From the NCBI GenBank assembly GCA_038087875.1, contig JAXLNO010002938.1:558001-622000 (forward strand): a DNA stretch of 64,000 nucleotides, written 5' to 3'. Shown here piece by piece: positions 45,178-57,916 of the stretch. The stretch is from Malacoraja senta (taxonomy: Eukaryota). Numbering within the stretch: position 1 is the first letter of the stretch; each line of letters opens with the position of its first letter. The notes below the pieces were generated by a model that was not told where the DNA came from, did not search any database, and was given only the letters and a program-made list of their open reading frames with translations. The position numbers and the translations under genes were made by a program.

Positions 45178-47272
45178 TGCTGGTTCGGAAAAAGAGAGAG
45201 ATCTACAATATTTATAGGCAGCATGGAGTAAATGAGGTGCTTGTGGAGTATAAAGAATGTAAAAAGAATATTAAGAAACAAATTAGAAAAGCTAAAAGAA
45301 GATATGAGGTTGCTTTGGCAAGTAAGGTGAAAGTAAATCCAAAGGGTTTCTACAGCTATATTAATAGCAAAAGGATAACAAGGAATAAAATTGGTCCATT
45401 AGAGAGTCAGAGTGGACAGCTATCTGCAGAGCCAAAATAGATGGGGGAGATATTGAACAATTTCTTTTCTTCGGTATTCATGAAGGAGAAGGATATGGAA
45501 TTATGTGAGGTAAGGGAAACAAGCAGAGTAGCAATGGAAACTGTGAGATTCAAAGAAGAGGAGGTGCGGAGACTTTTGAAAAATAAGAAAACGGATAAGT
45601 CTCCAGGTCCTGACAGGATATTCCCTAGGACATTGTGGGAAGTTAGTGTAGAAATAGCAGGGGCTATGACAGAAATATTCCAAATGTCATTAGAAACGGG
45701 AATAGTGCCGGAGGATTGGCGTACTGCGCATGTTGTTCCCTTGTTTAAAAAGGGTTCGAAGAGTAAACCTAACAATTATAGACCTGTTAGTTTGACGTCA
45801 GTGGTGGGCAAATTAATGGAAAGGATACCCCTGGCGAGACTGCTCTAGCTCCTGAAGCAAGTCTCGCTGGAGCAGTTGCTCCACGAGCCTTTCCATTCTG
45901 CTCAGGCGGCTAGCACTGCCGCTCTAAGGCGGACCCTCCTCATCGGAGTCAGACATAACCGGCCGTTTTTTTTTTGTTTTGTTTTGTTTTTGTTTTTTTA
46001 AACTTTTCCTCCAGCCCGCTGCCGCTCATCAGGCTGCGCTAGCGGTACTGGGCTCGGCTCGGTCTCGATGAGGGTGGACCGCCGCATATGCGGTCCAGGT
46101 GCCGCCTCTCGCCCCCCACTGATGAAACACTCCCGTTCTGTTGGAGTCGAACGGGGGGCGGTTTTCTTCCTTTGCCGTGCTGCTCATTTTCCCAGTTCCC
46201 CTGGAATACAGAGCAGAGCACAGCTTGATGATTACGACCACAGAGTAAGACTTACCTGATGGTCCGCTGTTTATTTTCCACCGACGTGTAGCAGCAGCGC
46301 CTGTACTCCCGGTCGTCGCTGTTGCACGTGACTCCGAAGTAAAATGAAGTAGATTTTCAAAGTCTACAGAGAGATTTAGGCCATTTGGAAGAGTGGGCTG
46401 AAAGATGGCAGATGGAGTTTAACGCTGATAAATGTGAGGTGCTACATCTCGGCAGGACAAATCAAAATAGGACGTACACGGTAAATGGTAGCGAATTGAG
46501 GAATGCAGTTGAACAGAGGGATCTAGGAATAACTGTGCATAGTTCCCTGAAGGTGGAATCTCATGTAGATAAGGTGGTAAAGAAAGCTTTTGGTGTGCTG
46601 GCCTTTATAAATCAGAGCATTGAATATAGAAGTTGGGATGTAATGTAAAAATTTTACAAGGCATTGGTGAGGCCAATTCTGGAGTATGGAGTACAATTTT
46701 GGTCGCCTAATTATAGGAAGGATGTCAACAAAATAGAGAGAGTACAGAGGAGATTTACTAGAATGTTGCCTGGGTTTCAGCAACTAAGTTACAGAGAAAG
46801 GTTGAACAAGTTAGGTCTTTATTCTTTGGAGCGCAGAAGGTTACGAGGGGACTTGATAGAGGTCTTTAAAATTATGAGCGGGTTAGACAGAGTGGACGTG
46901 GATAAGCTTTTCCCATTGAGAGTAGGGTAGATTCAAACAAGGGGACATGACTTGAGAATTAAGGGACAGAAGTTTAGGGGTAACATTAGGGTAAACTTCT
47001 TTACTCAGAGAGTGGTAGCTGTGTGGAATGAGCTTCCAGTGGAAGTGGTGGAGGCAGGTTCGATGTTATCCTTTAAAAATAGATTGGATGGGTATATGGA
47101 CGGGAAAGGAATGGAGGGTTATGGTCTGAGTGCAGGTAGATGGGACTAGGGGGAAGTATTTATTTTTAATAAAAAAATAAAAAAAAATTAAAAAAAATGT
47201 TCGGCACGGACTTGAAGGGCCGAGATGGCCTGTTTCCGTGCTGTTATGGTTATATGGTTATATGGTTATATG
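45178..47272 (+). mobile_element. CR1 (same subfamily as 16143-18628) with a central deletion and a DIRS remnant
   Basis: LVRKKREI...; EILNNFFSSVF...; RT 3' part from 46346; (ATATGGTT)n tail to ~47272. Confidence 0.9.
45829..46345 (-). mobile_element. 5'-terminal remnant of a second DIRS-family element
   Basis: Ends in CACGTGACTCCGAAGTAAAAT, identical to the last 21 nt of the DIRS terminus at 15072. Joins CR1 sequence GAAGTAGATTTTC. Confidence 0.8.
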
Positions 47273-47303
47273 ACTGGGCTATTATTCACCAACTTCTCGG
47301 CTT

Positions 47304-47375
47304 CTTCTGCCCGGAGACCGGTGACTCACGGGCGGGCAGGACTGTGATTGGCCGCGGACACGGCGCCGACCAATC
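47304..47375 (+). promoter_or_regulatory. MHC-type X1/X2/Y promoter module
   Basis: X1-like CTTCTGCCCGGAGAC 47304-47318, X2/AP-1-like TGACTCA 47322-47328, Y box GATTGG 47346-47351, CCAATC 47370-47375; ~110-175 bp upstream of the leader ATG. Confidence 0.6.
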
Positions 47376-47480
47376 AGCGCGGGGTGCGGGGGTGAAGCGG
47401 GCGGGCGAGCGGAGCAGAGTGAACCGCGCATGCGCACAGGACTCGCAAACTCACCACAACCTGGGCAGTCGGGGGCGACC

Positions 47481-47544
47481 ATGCTGTGCCCGCTGCTGCT
47501 GCTGCTGCTGCTGCCCGCCCTCCTGGCTGGAGCCCAGGCTGCAG
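47481..47544 (+). CDS. MHC class I exon 1 (signal peptide)
   Basis: Kozak GCGACCATG; MLCPLLLLLLLPALLAGAQAA; 64 bp, phase-1 donor CAG|GTGGGT matching the phase of alpha1. Confidence 0.75.
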
Positions 47545-47552
47545 GTGGGTGA

Positions 47553-47850
47553 GGGACAGTGATGGGCTGGCAACCCAGTCCCCGACAGTGGGTGAGGGTC
47601 AGTGTGTGGGTGAGGTTCAGTGTGTGGGTGAGGGTCAGTGAGTGGGTGAGGGTCAGTGTGTGGGTGAGGGTCAGTGTCAGTGGGTGAGGGTCAGTGTTTG
47701 GGTGAGGGTCAGTGTGTGGGTGCGGGTCAGTGTCAGTGGGTGAGGGTCAGTGTCAGTTGCTGCGGGTCAGTGTGTGGGTGGGGGTCAGTGTGTGGGTGAG
47801 TGTCAGTGTCAGTGGGTGAGGGTCAGGGCCAGTGGGTGAGGGTCAGTGTC
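47553..47850. repeat. ~18-bp minisatellite (GGGTGAGGGTCAGTGTGT)n at the start of MHC intron 1
   Basis: About 14 visible units directly after the leader donor. Confidence 0.9.
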
Positions 47851-48189
47851 GGGCTGGGCACAGCATAATAACCCCTGGTACATTGAACCAGGGAGATCAG
47901 GAGGGTACATAAGGGAGATGAGAGAATTGGCAGATAAAGGAGTATCCTGAGAGTTTCTACAAGTATGTAAAGAGAAAAAGGGTAAATATTGAGAGATTAG
48001 AATCCGTGCATATGATGGTCTGTGTGTGAATCCACAGGAGATTGGTGAGGTTGCATCTGTAATTACAGTACAGAAGGTCATAGAAGCCAAGAATTACAGG
48101 AAATAAACAGCGAGGTCTTGGAATTAATCCACATTATAAAAGAGGCGGTGCTGCTGGTCTTGCGGCATATTAAGTAATAGAAACAAAGA

Positions 48190-48410
48190 ACTGTAGGTGC
48201 TGGTTGGTTATTACACAAGAGGACACAAAGTGCTGGAGTAACTCGGCAGGTCAGGCAGCATTTCTGGAGAGTCTGAAGAATGATCTCAGCCCAAAACGTC
48301 ACCTATGGATGGAGTCTGAAGAAGGGTCTTGACCCGAAACGTTGGCGATCCATATTCACGGGTGATGCTGCCTGATCCGCTGAGTTACTCCAGCACTTTG
48401 CGTTCTTTTG
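48190..48410. mobile_element. Penelope-derived fold-back with two tandem hammerhead-like motifs
   Basis: Arms AAAGTGCTGGAGTAACTC / GAGTTACTCCAGCACTTT. CTGAAGA...AAAACGTC at 48273-48300 and CTGAAGAAGGGTCTTGACCCGAAACGTT at 48316-48343. Confidence 0.6.
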
Positions 48411-48477
48411 TTTTGTTTTTATGGCATATTAAGGTGGATAAATACCTAAAGGCCTGTTCACATATATCCTTGTACAC

Positions 48478-48765
48478 TGTGTGGCGCAGCGGTAGAGCTA
48501 CTATCTTACAGAGACCTGGGTTCGATCCTGACTACGGGTGCTGTCTGTACGGAGTTTGTACGTTCTCCCGAAGACCGTGTGGGTTTTCTCCCAGATCTTC
48601 TATTTCCTCCCACACTCTATAGTAGAATAGGTGTGTAGGATAATTGGTTTAGTGTAAATGTAATTGTCCCTAGTGTGTAGGATCGTGTGAGTGAGCGGGG
48701 ATCGCTGGTCGGTACGGACTCGGTGGGCCGAAGGGCCTATTTCCGCGCGTATCTCTAAAACGACA
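48478..48765 (+). mobile_element. tRNA-derived V-SINE (HE1-like)
   Basis: A box TGGCGCAGCGGTAGAG, B box GGTTCGATCC, V-domain, CR1-like tail GGGCCGAAGGGCC. Confidence 0.82.
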
Positions 48766-48889
48766 AACGAAATTGTGGGAAGCTAGGGCAGGAATTGCAG
48801 GGGCTCTGGCAGAATTATTTGCATTATCTTTAGATACGAATGAGCCACCAGAGATTGGAGGTGGTGATCGTCGTATCTTTATTTAAGTA

Positions 48890-49360
48890 GAGCTGCAAGG
48901 ACAAGTCAGGGCACAACAGGGCGGTTGCAGGGGGAAGTACCTGGAGCGGGGCTGGTCTGGGTGGGAAGGGATGAGTGAAGTAATGAGTTGCAGAGGGAGT
49001 GGTCTGTGTGGAAGGCAGAGAGCAGAACTACAGGACACAGAGGAGATGTGGGTGAGGGATCCACCTATGGCAGCCGGGGGCAAACACGTTTACATCTCGG
49101 ATGCCCTAGAATGGAAAGTCTCATCTTGGGAGCAGATGAGGCAGAGAAATTTGGAGCAGGGAATAGTGTATTTGCAAAAGTCAGGGTGGGAGGAGGTGTA
49201 GTGGAGATAACTGTGTGAGTCGGTAGGTTTGTACCAGACATCAGTCAATAGTCTGTCCCCAGTGTTGGAGACAGAGAGATCACGAGAGGGGAGAGCTGCA
49301 TTATAGAATGTCCAGGTGAATGTTAGGGCAGGTGGGTTAGTGATGAAGTTAATTAAATAA
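48890..49360 (-). mobile_element. Penelope-like RT C-terminal fragment
   Basis: Minus-strand translation gives LTFTWT...GDRLLTDVWYKPTDSHSYLHYTSSHPDFCKYTIP...ICSQDETFHSRASEM; the YxKPTxSxxYLxxxSxHP motif is typical of PLE RTs. Confidence 0.75.
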
Positions 49361-49654
49361 ATGAGTTCTGCACGGGTGAGTTGTGGGAGGTGCCGGAGTA
49401 CATTTGGAACAAGGACAAAATATTGTTATTTACAATATTCCTTAACTATTTAGATGAGGAAATTAAATGTAACATCTCCAAGTTTGCGGATGACACAAAG
49501 CTGGGGGGCAGTGTGACCTGTGAGGAGGATGCTATGAGGCTGCAAGGTGACATGGATAGGTTGGGTGAGTGGGCAGATGCTTGGCAGATGCAGTATAATG
49601 TGGATAAATGTGAGGTTATCTCCTTTGGTGGCAAGAACTGGAAATCAGATTATT

Positions 49655-52600
49655 ATTATTATTTTTTTTTAAATGTTTTTATTTTATTAGAAGTAAGTAC
49701 AATTGTATACAATCATATTTTCATAATACCTTTCATGTACAGCTTCTTATTTAAAAAAATTGTAATAAAGAAGAAAAAGAAAAAAGTTAAATAATGAAAA
49801 ATAGAAAAAAGTGAGATATATAGTGTGTGAAAAAGAAAATTAGAGAGTGAAAAAAGAAAGTTGAGAAAATAGAAAATAGAAGAAAGAGAGTAAAAGAAGA
49901 AAAGAGAAGAAAAGAAAATAGAAGTAAGGAGATCATTTATAATCTTGACCATCCCCAGTCACGGATTAGCTTTTACACCTGTGTTGCACCATATGTTTCC
50001 AAAAATACGACAAATGGAGACCAACTCGTTATGAATTGGTCAAATTTATCTATTAGGAGGGATCGCATTTCCTCAAGATGTGCGGTATCCAACATACTTG
50101 CAATCCACATTTTGAGCGTTGGTATTGGTGTATGTTTCCAAAATTTCAATATTAATTTTTTTGCTATTAGTAAACCATAACTAAAAATTGACTTTTGAGA
50201 TGAGCTCAATTTGTTCCCGTCTTCCATTACCCCAAATATAATCAATTCGTTATTGGATTCCATTTTTGTCTTAAATAATTTTGTAAATATTTTGAAAATA
50301 TCACTCCAAAATCCATGAAGTTTTATACAAGAAACAAAAGAGTGTGTTATAGTTGCGTCTTGGGTTAAACATTTATCGCAAATGGGCGATATATTTGGAT
50401 ACAATTTATTTAATCTTATTTTTGAGTAATATAATCTATGTAAAATTTTAAATTGGATTAGATTATGTCTTGCGTTAATCGAACACTTGTGAATGTATGT
50501 CAAATACTTTTCCCATGTAACCTTCCTAATTTTTATCAATAATTCCCGTTCCCACTCTTCTCTAATTACCTCGGTCACAGGTAAAACTATATTTAAGATA
50601 TTATTATATAAATATGATATTAATTTTTGTGTATCAGCTTTTATATTCATTACTTCTTCTAGTAAATCAGGAGTGATTTTTTGAGATCCCTGTATGTATG
50701 TCTTCAAAAAATTACAAATCTGAAAATATTTAAAATAATGAGTGTTTTTCAGTTTAAATTATAATTGTAATTGTTGAAATGATAATAAATCTCCCATTTC
50801 ATACATGTCCCCGATCCTTTTAAATCCTAAACTTTCCCATTGACTATATATTTTATCCATCATAGACGGTTTAAATAAAGGATTATTCGCTATCGGTGTT
50901 AACAATGATAGGTTTCTTAATTTTAAGGATAATTTTATTTGTTTCCATATTCCTATTGTATCTTGTATAATTGGGGTTTTCTTATATATTGTATTGTTCA
51001 TTTTTTTCGGGGACAAGTGGATTGTTCCTATATTACAAGGATAACAATCCTCTTTCTCCATTTTTATCCATTCTGTCTGTTGAGTTGAACTATCCAACCA
51101 GTAAATTATATTCTTAATATGTATTGCCCAATAGTAATACAAAAAATTTGGGAGTGAAAGTCCCCCGACATATTTTGGTTTACATAAGTGTTCTTTTTTA
51201 ATTATATGTGATTTATAATCCCAAACAAAATTAGTAATATTAGCGTGCAGTTTAGAAAAAAAATATTTTGGTACATATACTGGTATAGATTGAAATAGGT
51301 ATAATAACTGTGGTAGGAAGCTCATTTTAGTAGCATTTATTCTGCCTATTAATGATAAAGGGAGTGTTTTCCAAAATGTTATCATTATATTAAGTTTATT
51401 TATTAAGGGTATAAAATTGGCATTGAATAAAGCTTTATGTTTTCTAGTAATCTGAATACCCAAATATTTGAATTTTTCTGTTGCTATTCTAAAGGGGAAT
51501 TTCAATAAGTGTGTAGATTCTTGAGGTTTTAACGTCATGATTTCACTTTTGTTCCAGTTTATTCTATATCCAGAAAAGGACCCAAATCCCTCTATTAAAT
51601 TTAATAAATTTGGTATGCTCGTTTGTGAATTTGTTATATATAACAAAATATCGTCTGCATACATTGACATACTAATGACATTTTATTATTTGAGTCCCTA
51701 GTATTATAACCCTGAATATTCGGATGGCTTCTTATACTTTCAGCCAGAGGTTCTATCATAAGGGCAAATAGCAGGGGTGATAAAAGCACATCCCTGCCTA
51801 TTACCCCTTGATAATTGAGTTTTTTGAGATAACATGCTGTTAGTTAATATTCTTGCCATCGGTTTATAATGTAATAATTTCACCCATGCAATAAAATTCT
51901 CTCCCATATTAAATTGTTGTAATACTTTGTATAAATACTGCCATTCTACCTGATCAAATGCTTTCTCTGCGTCCAAAGAAATAATTGCTAAGTCTTCTTC
52001 CTCCACTTTATGTGAGTACATTATGTTAAACAGGCGTCTCAAATTATTAAATGAATATCTTTTGGGTATAAACCCCGTTTGATCAGGGTTTATCAATTTA
52101 TTAATATATTTGCTTAGTCTTCTAGCTAAAATCTTTGATATAATTTTCTGGTCTGTATTTAAAAGTGATATAGCTCTATATGAGCCCGGTTCCTCTAGAT
52201 CTTTATCTTTCTTTGGAATAAGCGTAATAGTTGATTCTGCTAATGTTTCAGGTAATTTATTTTCTTTAAAAACGTAAGTATATAAATTAAATAGATAGGG
52301 GGTCGTTATCTCATGAAACCTTTTATAAAATTAATTACTAAAACCATCTGGTCCCGGTGTCTTACCATTTTTCAGCGATTTTTTTGGTTCACCTATTTCT
52401 TCGATTGTAATTTGTGCTCCTAGTTCTTCTTGTTCCAAAAGGTCAAGTTTTGGTAGATTACATTTATCTAAAAAGGTTGTAATTTTACTATATTCTGTTT
52501 TGGTTTTTGATGTGTATAAATTATGATAAAATTGAGCAAATCTTTTATTAATATCTTTAGGTAGTGTTATTAATTCACCATTCTCGGATTTAATTTTATT

Positions 52601-55470
52601 TATAGTATTTTCCTTTTCCAGTTTTTTCAGTTGACGCGCCAACAGCTTATGTGGTTTGTCATCAAACTCAAAATGTTCCTGTTTTGTAATTTGGAATAAT
52701 CTTATTACTCTTCCCGAGAGAATTCGGTTAAGTTTAAATTTCAGCAGTATAATCTTATTATGTTTATCTATAGTGGGATCTTTAGCATTATCTAACTCTA
52801 AGTGTCTTATTTCTTGTTCTAACAGCATCTGTTCTGTTTTATTCTTCTTATTTTGAAAAATGTCATATGAAATTATAATTCCTCTAATAAATGCTTTAAA
52901 AGTTTCCCATATTAAAGAGGGTGAGGTACCTGGTGTATCATTTATCTCAAAAAATGATATATTTTGTTGTTTCAAATATTGATAACCCTGTAAGTCATTT
53001 AATATATATGTATTAAACCTCCAAAAAAATTCTTTCCCTGCATTCCTTCAAATTTTACTAAAAAAGTCAACGGAGAGTGATCATAAATACTACTAATATG
53101 GTATGTTGGGTTAATTATATATGGCATTAATTTCCTATCCACTAAAAAATAATCAATTCTTGAGTATGTTTTATGCACCGAAGAGTAAAACGAGTATTCC
53201 CTTCCTGCTGGGTTAGCAGATCTCCATACATCTGTTATGTTAGTATTTTTTATATATGTATTTAGAAATTCACTAGTCTTAGATTTTATATTACTCCTTC
53301 TTTGTTTTGCTGATTTGCCTAAGTATGGATCTAAAACACAGTTGAAATCCCCTCCTATTATGACATTTTAATAATTAAACTCCAGTATTATATCTATAAT
53401 TTTCTCAAAGAATTGAGGGTTATCAAAATTCGGAGCGTAAATATTTACCATAGTTATTGGGGTAGCATAAATTTCTCCCGAAACTATGATATACCTTCCC
53501 TCTTTATCTGATATAGTATTCTTTAATTTGAACGGTATACCTTTTCGAATAAGAATAGCCGTACCTCTAGATTTAGAAGTAAATGACGAATAATATGTTT
53601 GGCCTATCCACTTCGCCTTTAATCTCATTTGTGTTTCCTGTTTCATGTGAGTTTCTTGCAAGTAAATTATGTCGCTTTTCAAAGATTTTAGGTGAGCAAA
53701 AATTTTACCCCTCTTTATTGGTTCATTGGCACCCCTTCTATTCCAACTACAGAATGTGATTCCTCCATTCTTTATTTGCCTAGCGTCCAGCATTGTATAT
53801 CAAAGTAATATTCTTGAAGCATATGGTGCAAACAAATACCTCCGTGTTCTGGACGTTGGGTGGTCATTCCAAATTTTTAAGTTTACATTACATCTCCTTC
53901 TCCAAAAGTGCCTTAGATAAAGCAAGAAAAGTTGTGATTTACAATTAATCAAACACAAACTAAGTAAATACAAATTTGTATAGTGATTTTAAAAAAAAGT
54001 GAAATTAAGGTATCTAAAAGCAGGTACCTTAAAGACAAACAGCCACCTAAAGGTGGCGAAAGAATAATAGACTTCTGTTGATGTTATTTTACATTGAGCA
54101 CCAATCCCTTATTAACACCTCGTAAAAAAACTACAAACTGTTATTCTTGTTTAACTTTATCAAACTAGCGTTAGTAAAAAGCCCCCCCATAAAAACAACA
54201 AAAAAACGCAAAGATAAAATATTAAAAAGTAAAAAAATAATGTAATTAAAAAGAAAAAAAAAAACCAAATCCAAATATAAAACACAACCTATTCTCATTT
54301 CTATAAGTATTTGTACCGTACCAATTTATCTAACCAGCTACCCTACAAGCAGGTACCGAGGGGTTAACCTCATTCCTGGATTTTTTCAAATTTTATGTTG
54401 CGTTCCCACCCAAAAAAAAACAAAAAACGTTAGTAATGTTATGGACATTTTGGTTAATTACAATTTATAAGCAACGGTTTATTCATGATTATTCATATTT
54501 ACTACACACACTCACAAGTCATTAGTTTTGTTAAAGTTATTTAGTTAATTGTAATTAGCATATAATAGTTAGATATTAATGCTGTCTCGTCCCTGTTCGT
54601 TGTACAATTTCTTCATGTTTATCTTTGAGCTTTTCATTCAAGGTTAAACAATGTTCTCAAATACAAATTTCAGACAGATAAGCTCAGTAACTGCCTGAAA
54701 AATCCACCAGTTCCAGCTCCATCTTAAAAATTAAAAAGTTCCTTGTTCTTTCCCTTAGTCGTCTTCTTCCGATGTTTCCGATGCTTTCCTCATGATATCT
54801 TCTGCATATTTAAATGCTTTTTCTGGGTCCGTAAATGAGCGCTCAATTCCGTTATAAGTAATTTTCATTTTTGCTGGGAAAACAACTCCATATCTGACTT
54901 TAGAAATACCCCTCAATATGTTTCTTGTCGGTGTAAACATGTTCATTCTCTGGACAATCTCTGGAGGATAATCACGGAAAAATCGGATCTTTTCCCCACG
55001 ATAAATCACATTTTCACCATGAACAATCTTCTTCAGTATAGATTCCACTGAAGAAATATCAAGAAATTTCACAATTATCTGTCTTGGAGCAGCATTTATG
55101 CCTCTTGAGACACGTCCAACTCGTTGAACAGTATCTATTCTTACTTTTCCGGCAGTTTAAAAACCTCTTTGAGTAATTCAGTAACGAAAGTACGTGTTTG
55201 AGATACATGTTCTTCTCGTCCTTCTCTTACTCCAACGATTCTCAAATTCTGCCTTCTCGCTCTCGCTTCCAAGTCCAAACATTTTCAGTCATTCTTGCCA
55301 GCTTTTCTGCTTCATCTTTCTTTGATTTTTTCAGACTGTTTACTTCCGTGATCATCTCTTTCATATCACTTTCCATCTCTTCCATTCTCTCGTCAATGTT
55401 GTCCATCTTAGCATTTACACCAACAAATTTCTTATTATAGTCCTTTTCAATTCTAACAATTTCTGAGATA
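49655..55470 (-). mobile_element. L1-clade LINE, 5'-truncated within ORF1
   Basis: ORF1 coiled coil and C-terminal domain (55242-55470, 54755-55072). ~960-bp spacer. ORF2 EN (SWN..G, YLQETH, NIYAPN), RT (DQTGFIP, SLDAEKAFDQVEW, RQGC, YADDILL) and C-terminal CDKC...HSFVSC. AATAAA plus poly(A) at ~49660. TSD-like AGATTATT at 49647-49654 and 55471-55478. Confidence 0.93.
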
Positions 55471-56084
55471 AGATTATTGTCTGCATGTTGTCGGATTAGG
55501 AAAAGATGAGGTGCAACGAGACCTGGGTGTCCTTGTCCATCAGTCACATAATGTAAACATGCAGGTACAGCAAGCAGAGATGAATTTGGCCTTCATTGCA
55601 AGAGGATTTGAGTTTTGGAGCAAGGAGGCCCTACTGCAGTTGTACAGGGCCCCGGTGAGACAACACCTGGAGTATTGTGTACAACTTTGGTCTCTTAATT
55701 TGAGGAAGGACATTCTTGCTATTGAGGGAGTGCAGTGTAGGTTCACCAGATTAATTCCCGGGATGGCGGGACTGACATATGATGAAAGAATTGGTCGGCT
55801 GGGCCTATATTCAGTGGAATTTAGTAGCATGAGACGGGATCTTATAGAAACATATACAATTCTTAAAGAATTGGACAGAATAGATTCAGGAAAAAATTTC
55901 CAGCTGTTTAAGAAGGAACTGCAGATGCTGGATAATCGAAGGTAGACAAAAGTGCTGGAGAAACTCAGCGGGTGCAGCAGCATCTATTGAGCGAAGGAAA
56001 TAGGCAACGTTTTAGGCCATGTTCCTGCCAGAACCAGGGGTCACAGTTTAAGAAGGAACTTTTTCAGAGGGAGAAGGAGTAAAT

Positions 56085-56340
56085 TGGAGGAGCAGCACCT
56101 CATATTTCGCTTGGGCAGTTTGCACCCAAGCGGTATGAACATTGACTTCTCTAATTTCAGAAGTCCTTACTGTCTCCTCCCCTTCTCAGCTCTGCCTCAG
56201 CCCTCTGGCTCCACCTTTTCCTCTCTTCCCCAACCTCACATCAGTCGGAAGAAGGGTTCCGACCCGAAACGTTGCCAATTTCCTTCGCTCCATAGATGCT
56301 GCCTCACTCGCTGAGTTTCTCCAGCATTTTTGTCTAGCCA
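56085..56340 (+). mobile_element. Penelope-like element 3' end (endonuclease C-terminus plus terminal repeat)
   Basis: KLEEQHLIFRLGSLHPSGMNIDFSNF, followed by GAAGAAGGGTTCCGACCCGAAACGTTGCC at ~56249-56277. Confidence 0.7.
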
Positions 56341-57799
56341 CAGTTTAAGAATAAGGGGTAGGCCATTTAGGACTGAGATGAGGAAACACTTTTTCACCAA
56401 GAGAGTTGTGAATCTGTGGAATTATCTGCCACAGAAGGCAGTGGAGGTCAATTCACTGGATGTATTCAAGAGAGAGTTAATTTTAGCTTTTAGCGATGAA
56501 GGAATCAAGGGATACGGGGAAAAAGCAGGAACACGGTATTGATTTTAGAAGATCAGCCATGATGATATTGAATGGCGTTGTGGCAAGAGGGGCCGAATGG
56601 CCTACTGCTGCACCTATGTTTCCATTTGTTTATGTTTCTAGGACTGTTTGATGTACATAATAAAAAGTACAACTGGGGCCCATGCGATTGCTCATGTCTA
56701 CACCTTTAACTTGGGGAAAGTGAGAGGTGGAAAGGGAAGTGTAAAGGGTGTGGACAGGGTTGACCCCGCCTCTGGAAGCTCGTTCCAAACTCCCATCACC
56801 CTTGGCGTGGAAGTTGCCCCCAATTTGTTATTAAATCTTGCCCCTCTCACCTTAAACCTGTGCTCTCTGGTTCTTGATTCTCCGAGCCTGGATAATCCCT
56901 CATCACTTTATACACCTCCATATGCTCAAATCTCTATGCAGTGGATGCTCACAGTCTTTTCCCTGTGTTGAGTCTAACGTTTGGTGACTGTTTAAAATAC
57001 ATTTGGACAGGAACATGGGTGGGAAACATAAGTACATGCAGCTGCTGGTTTACAAAAGGTCAGGCAGCATCCCTGGAGAAAATGGGCAGGTGATGTTTCA
57101 AGTCGGCACCTTGTTCAGACAGCAGACAGATTGCGGTGGGGGGTGGGGGGAAGATGGAAGTGGTGGGGGAGGGTCTGGTGAATGATAGGTGGATACATGG
57201 TGAGGGGGTTGATGGGTCGATGGACAAGGGCAGAGATGAAGAGGCAAACGGTGTCACACAATGAGAGAAGAGTTGAATTGTGTGACTGCGAGTCTTACCC
57301 CCGAGACCCAGTGCTGGGCACAGCTCTGTCCGGGCACGTTAATGGGTGAGGCACGGCCATGCAGGAGGCTTGGCGAGGCGTGGAAGTTGGGCGGGCAGTG
57401 GGAGGGCAGGAGACGGCAGAATGCACAATATCTGCCTCCACCACCACCCCTGCCAATGTGTTCCAGGCCCCCACTACTCTGTGTGAATAAATATTCCCCT
57501 GTACATTTCACCTTATAACAATGCCCTCTAGTGGGGGACATTTTGCAGGTTAATTGGCCTTTGTTAAATATCCCTGGTGTGTGGGAAGTGGATTTGAAAG
57601 TGGGATAGCATGGAACATGTGTGAATGGGCGATAGATGGTCAGCATGAACTCGGTTGGCTGAAGGGCCTGTTTCCATGCTGTATCTCCAACGCAAACTCA
57701 ATTAAATCACCGTGGATCTCTTGCATCTTAATCTTCTGGATCAGCTGCCATGGGGGACTTGATCACGTGCCTTACAATCACCCACAGACACAACATGGG

Positions 57800-57884
57800 T
57801 TTGTTGGGGGAGTGTGTGGGTGTGGGTGGGGTGTGTGTGTGTGGTTGGGTTTCTGGATGTGTGTGTGAGTGTGTATGGGTGTGG

Positions 57885-57916
<32 letters not shown>

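Larger units (their letters stand above)
49400..56640 (+). mobile_element. CR1 3' fragment split by the L1 insertion
   Basis: KFADDTKLGG...KSDYY stops at 49654 and continues (GL)GKDEVQRDLGVLV from ~55490. CR1 3' UTR ends ~56640. Confidence 0.85.

Noticed and set aside
16143-47272. Two similar CR1 copies in inverted orientation as a possible programmed inversion system
   Set aside because: Ordinary dispersed copies of an abundant subfamily; no recombinase or site-specific signature.
48478-48540. tRNA-like A and B boxes (also at 9120-9183)
   Set aside because: They are heads of V-SINEs with CR1-like tails, not tRNA genes; no full cloverleaf.
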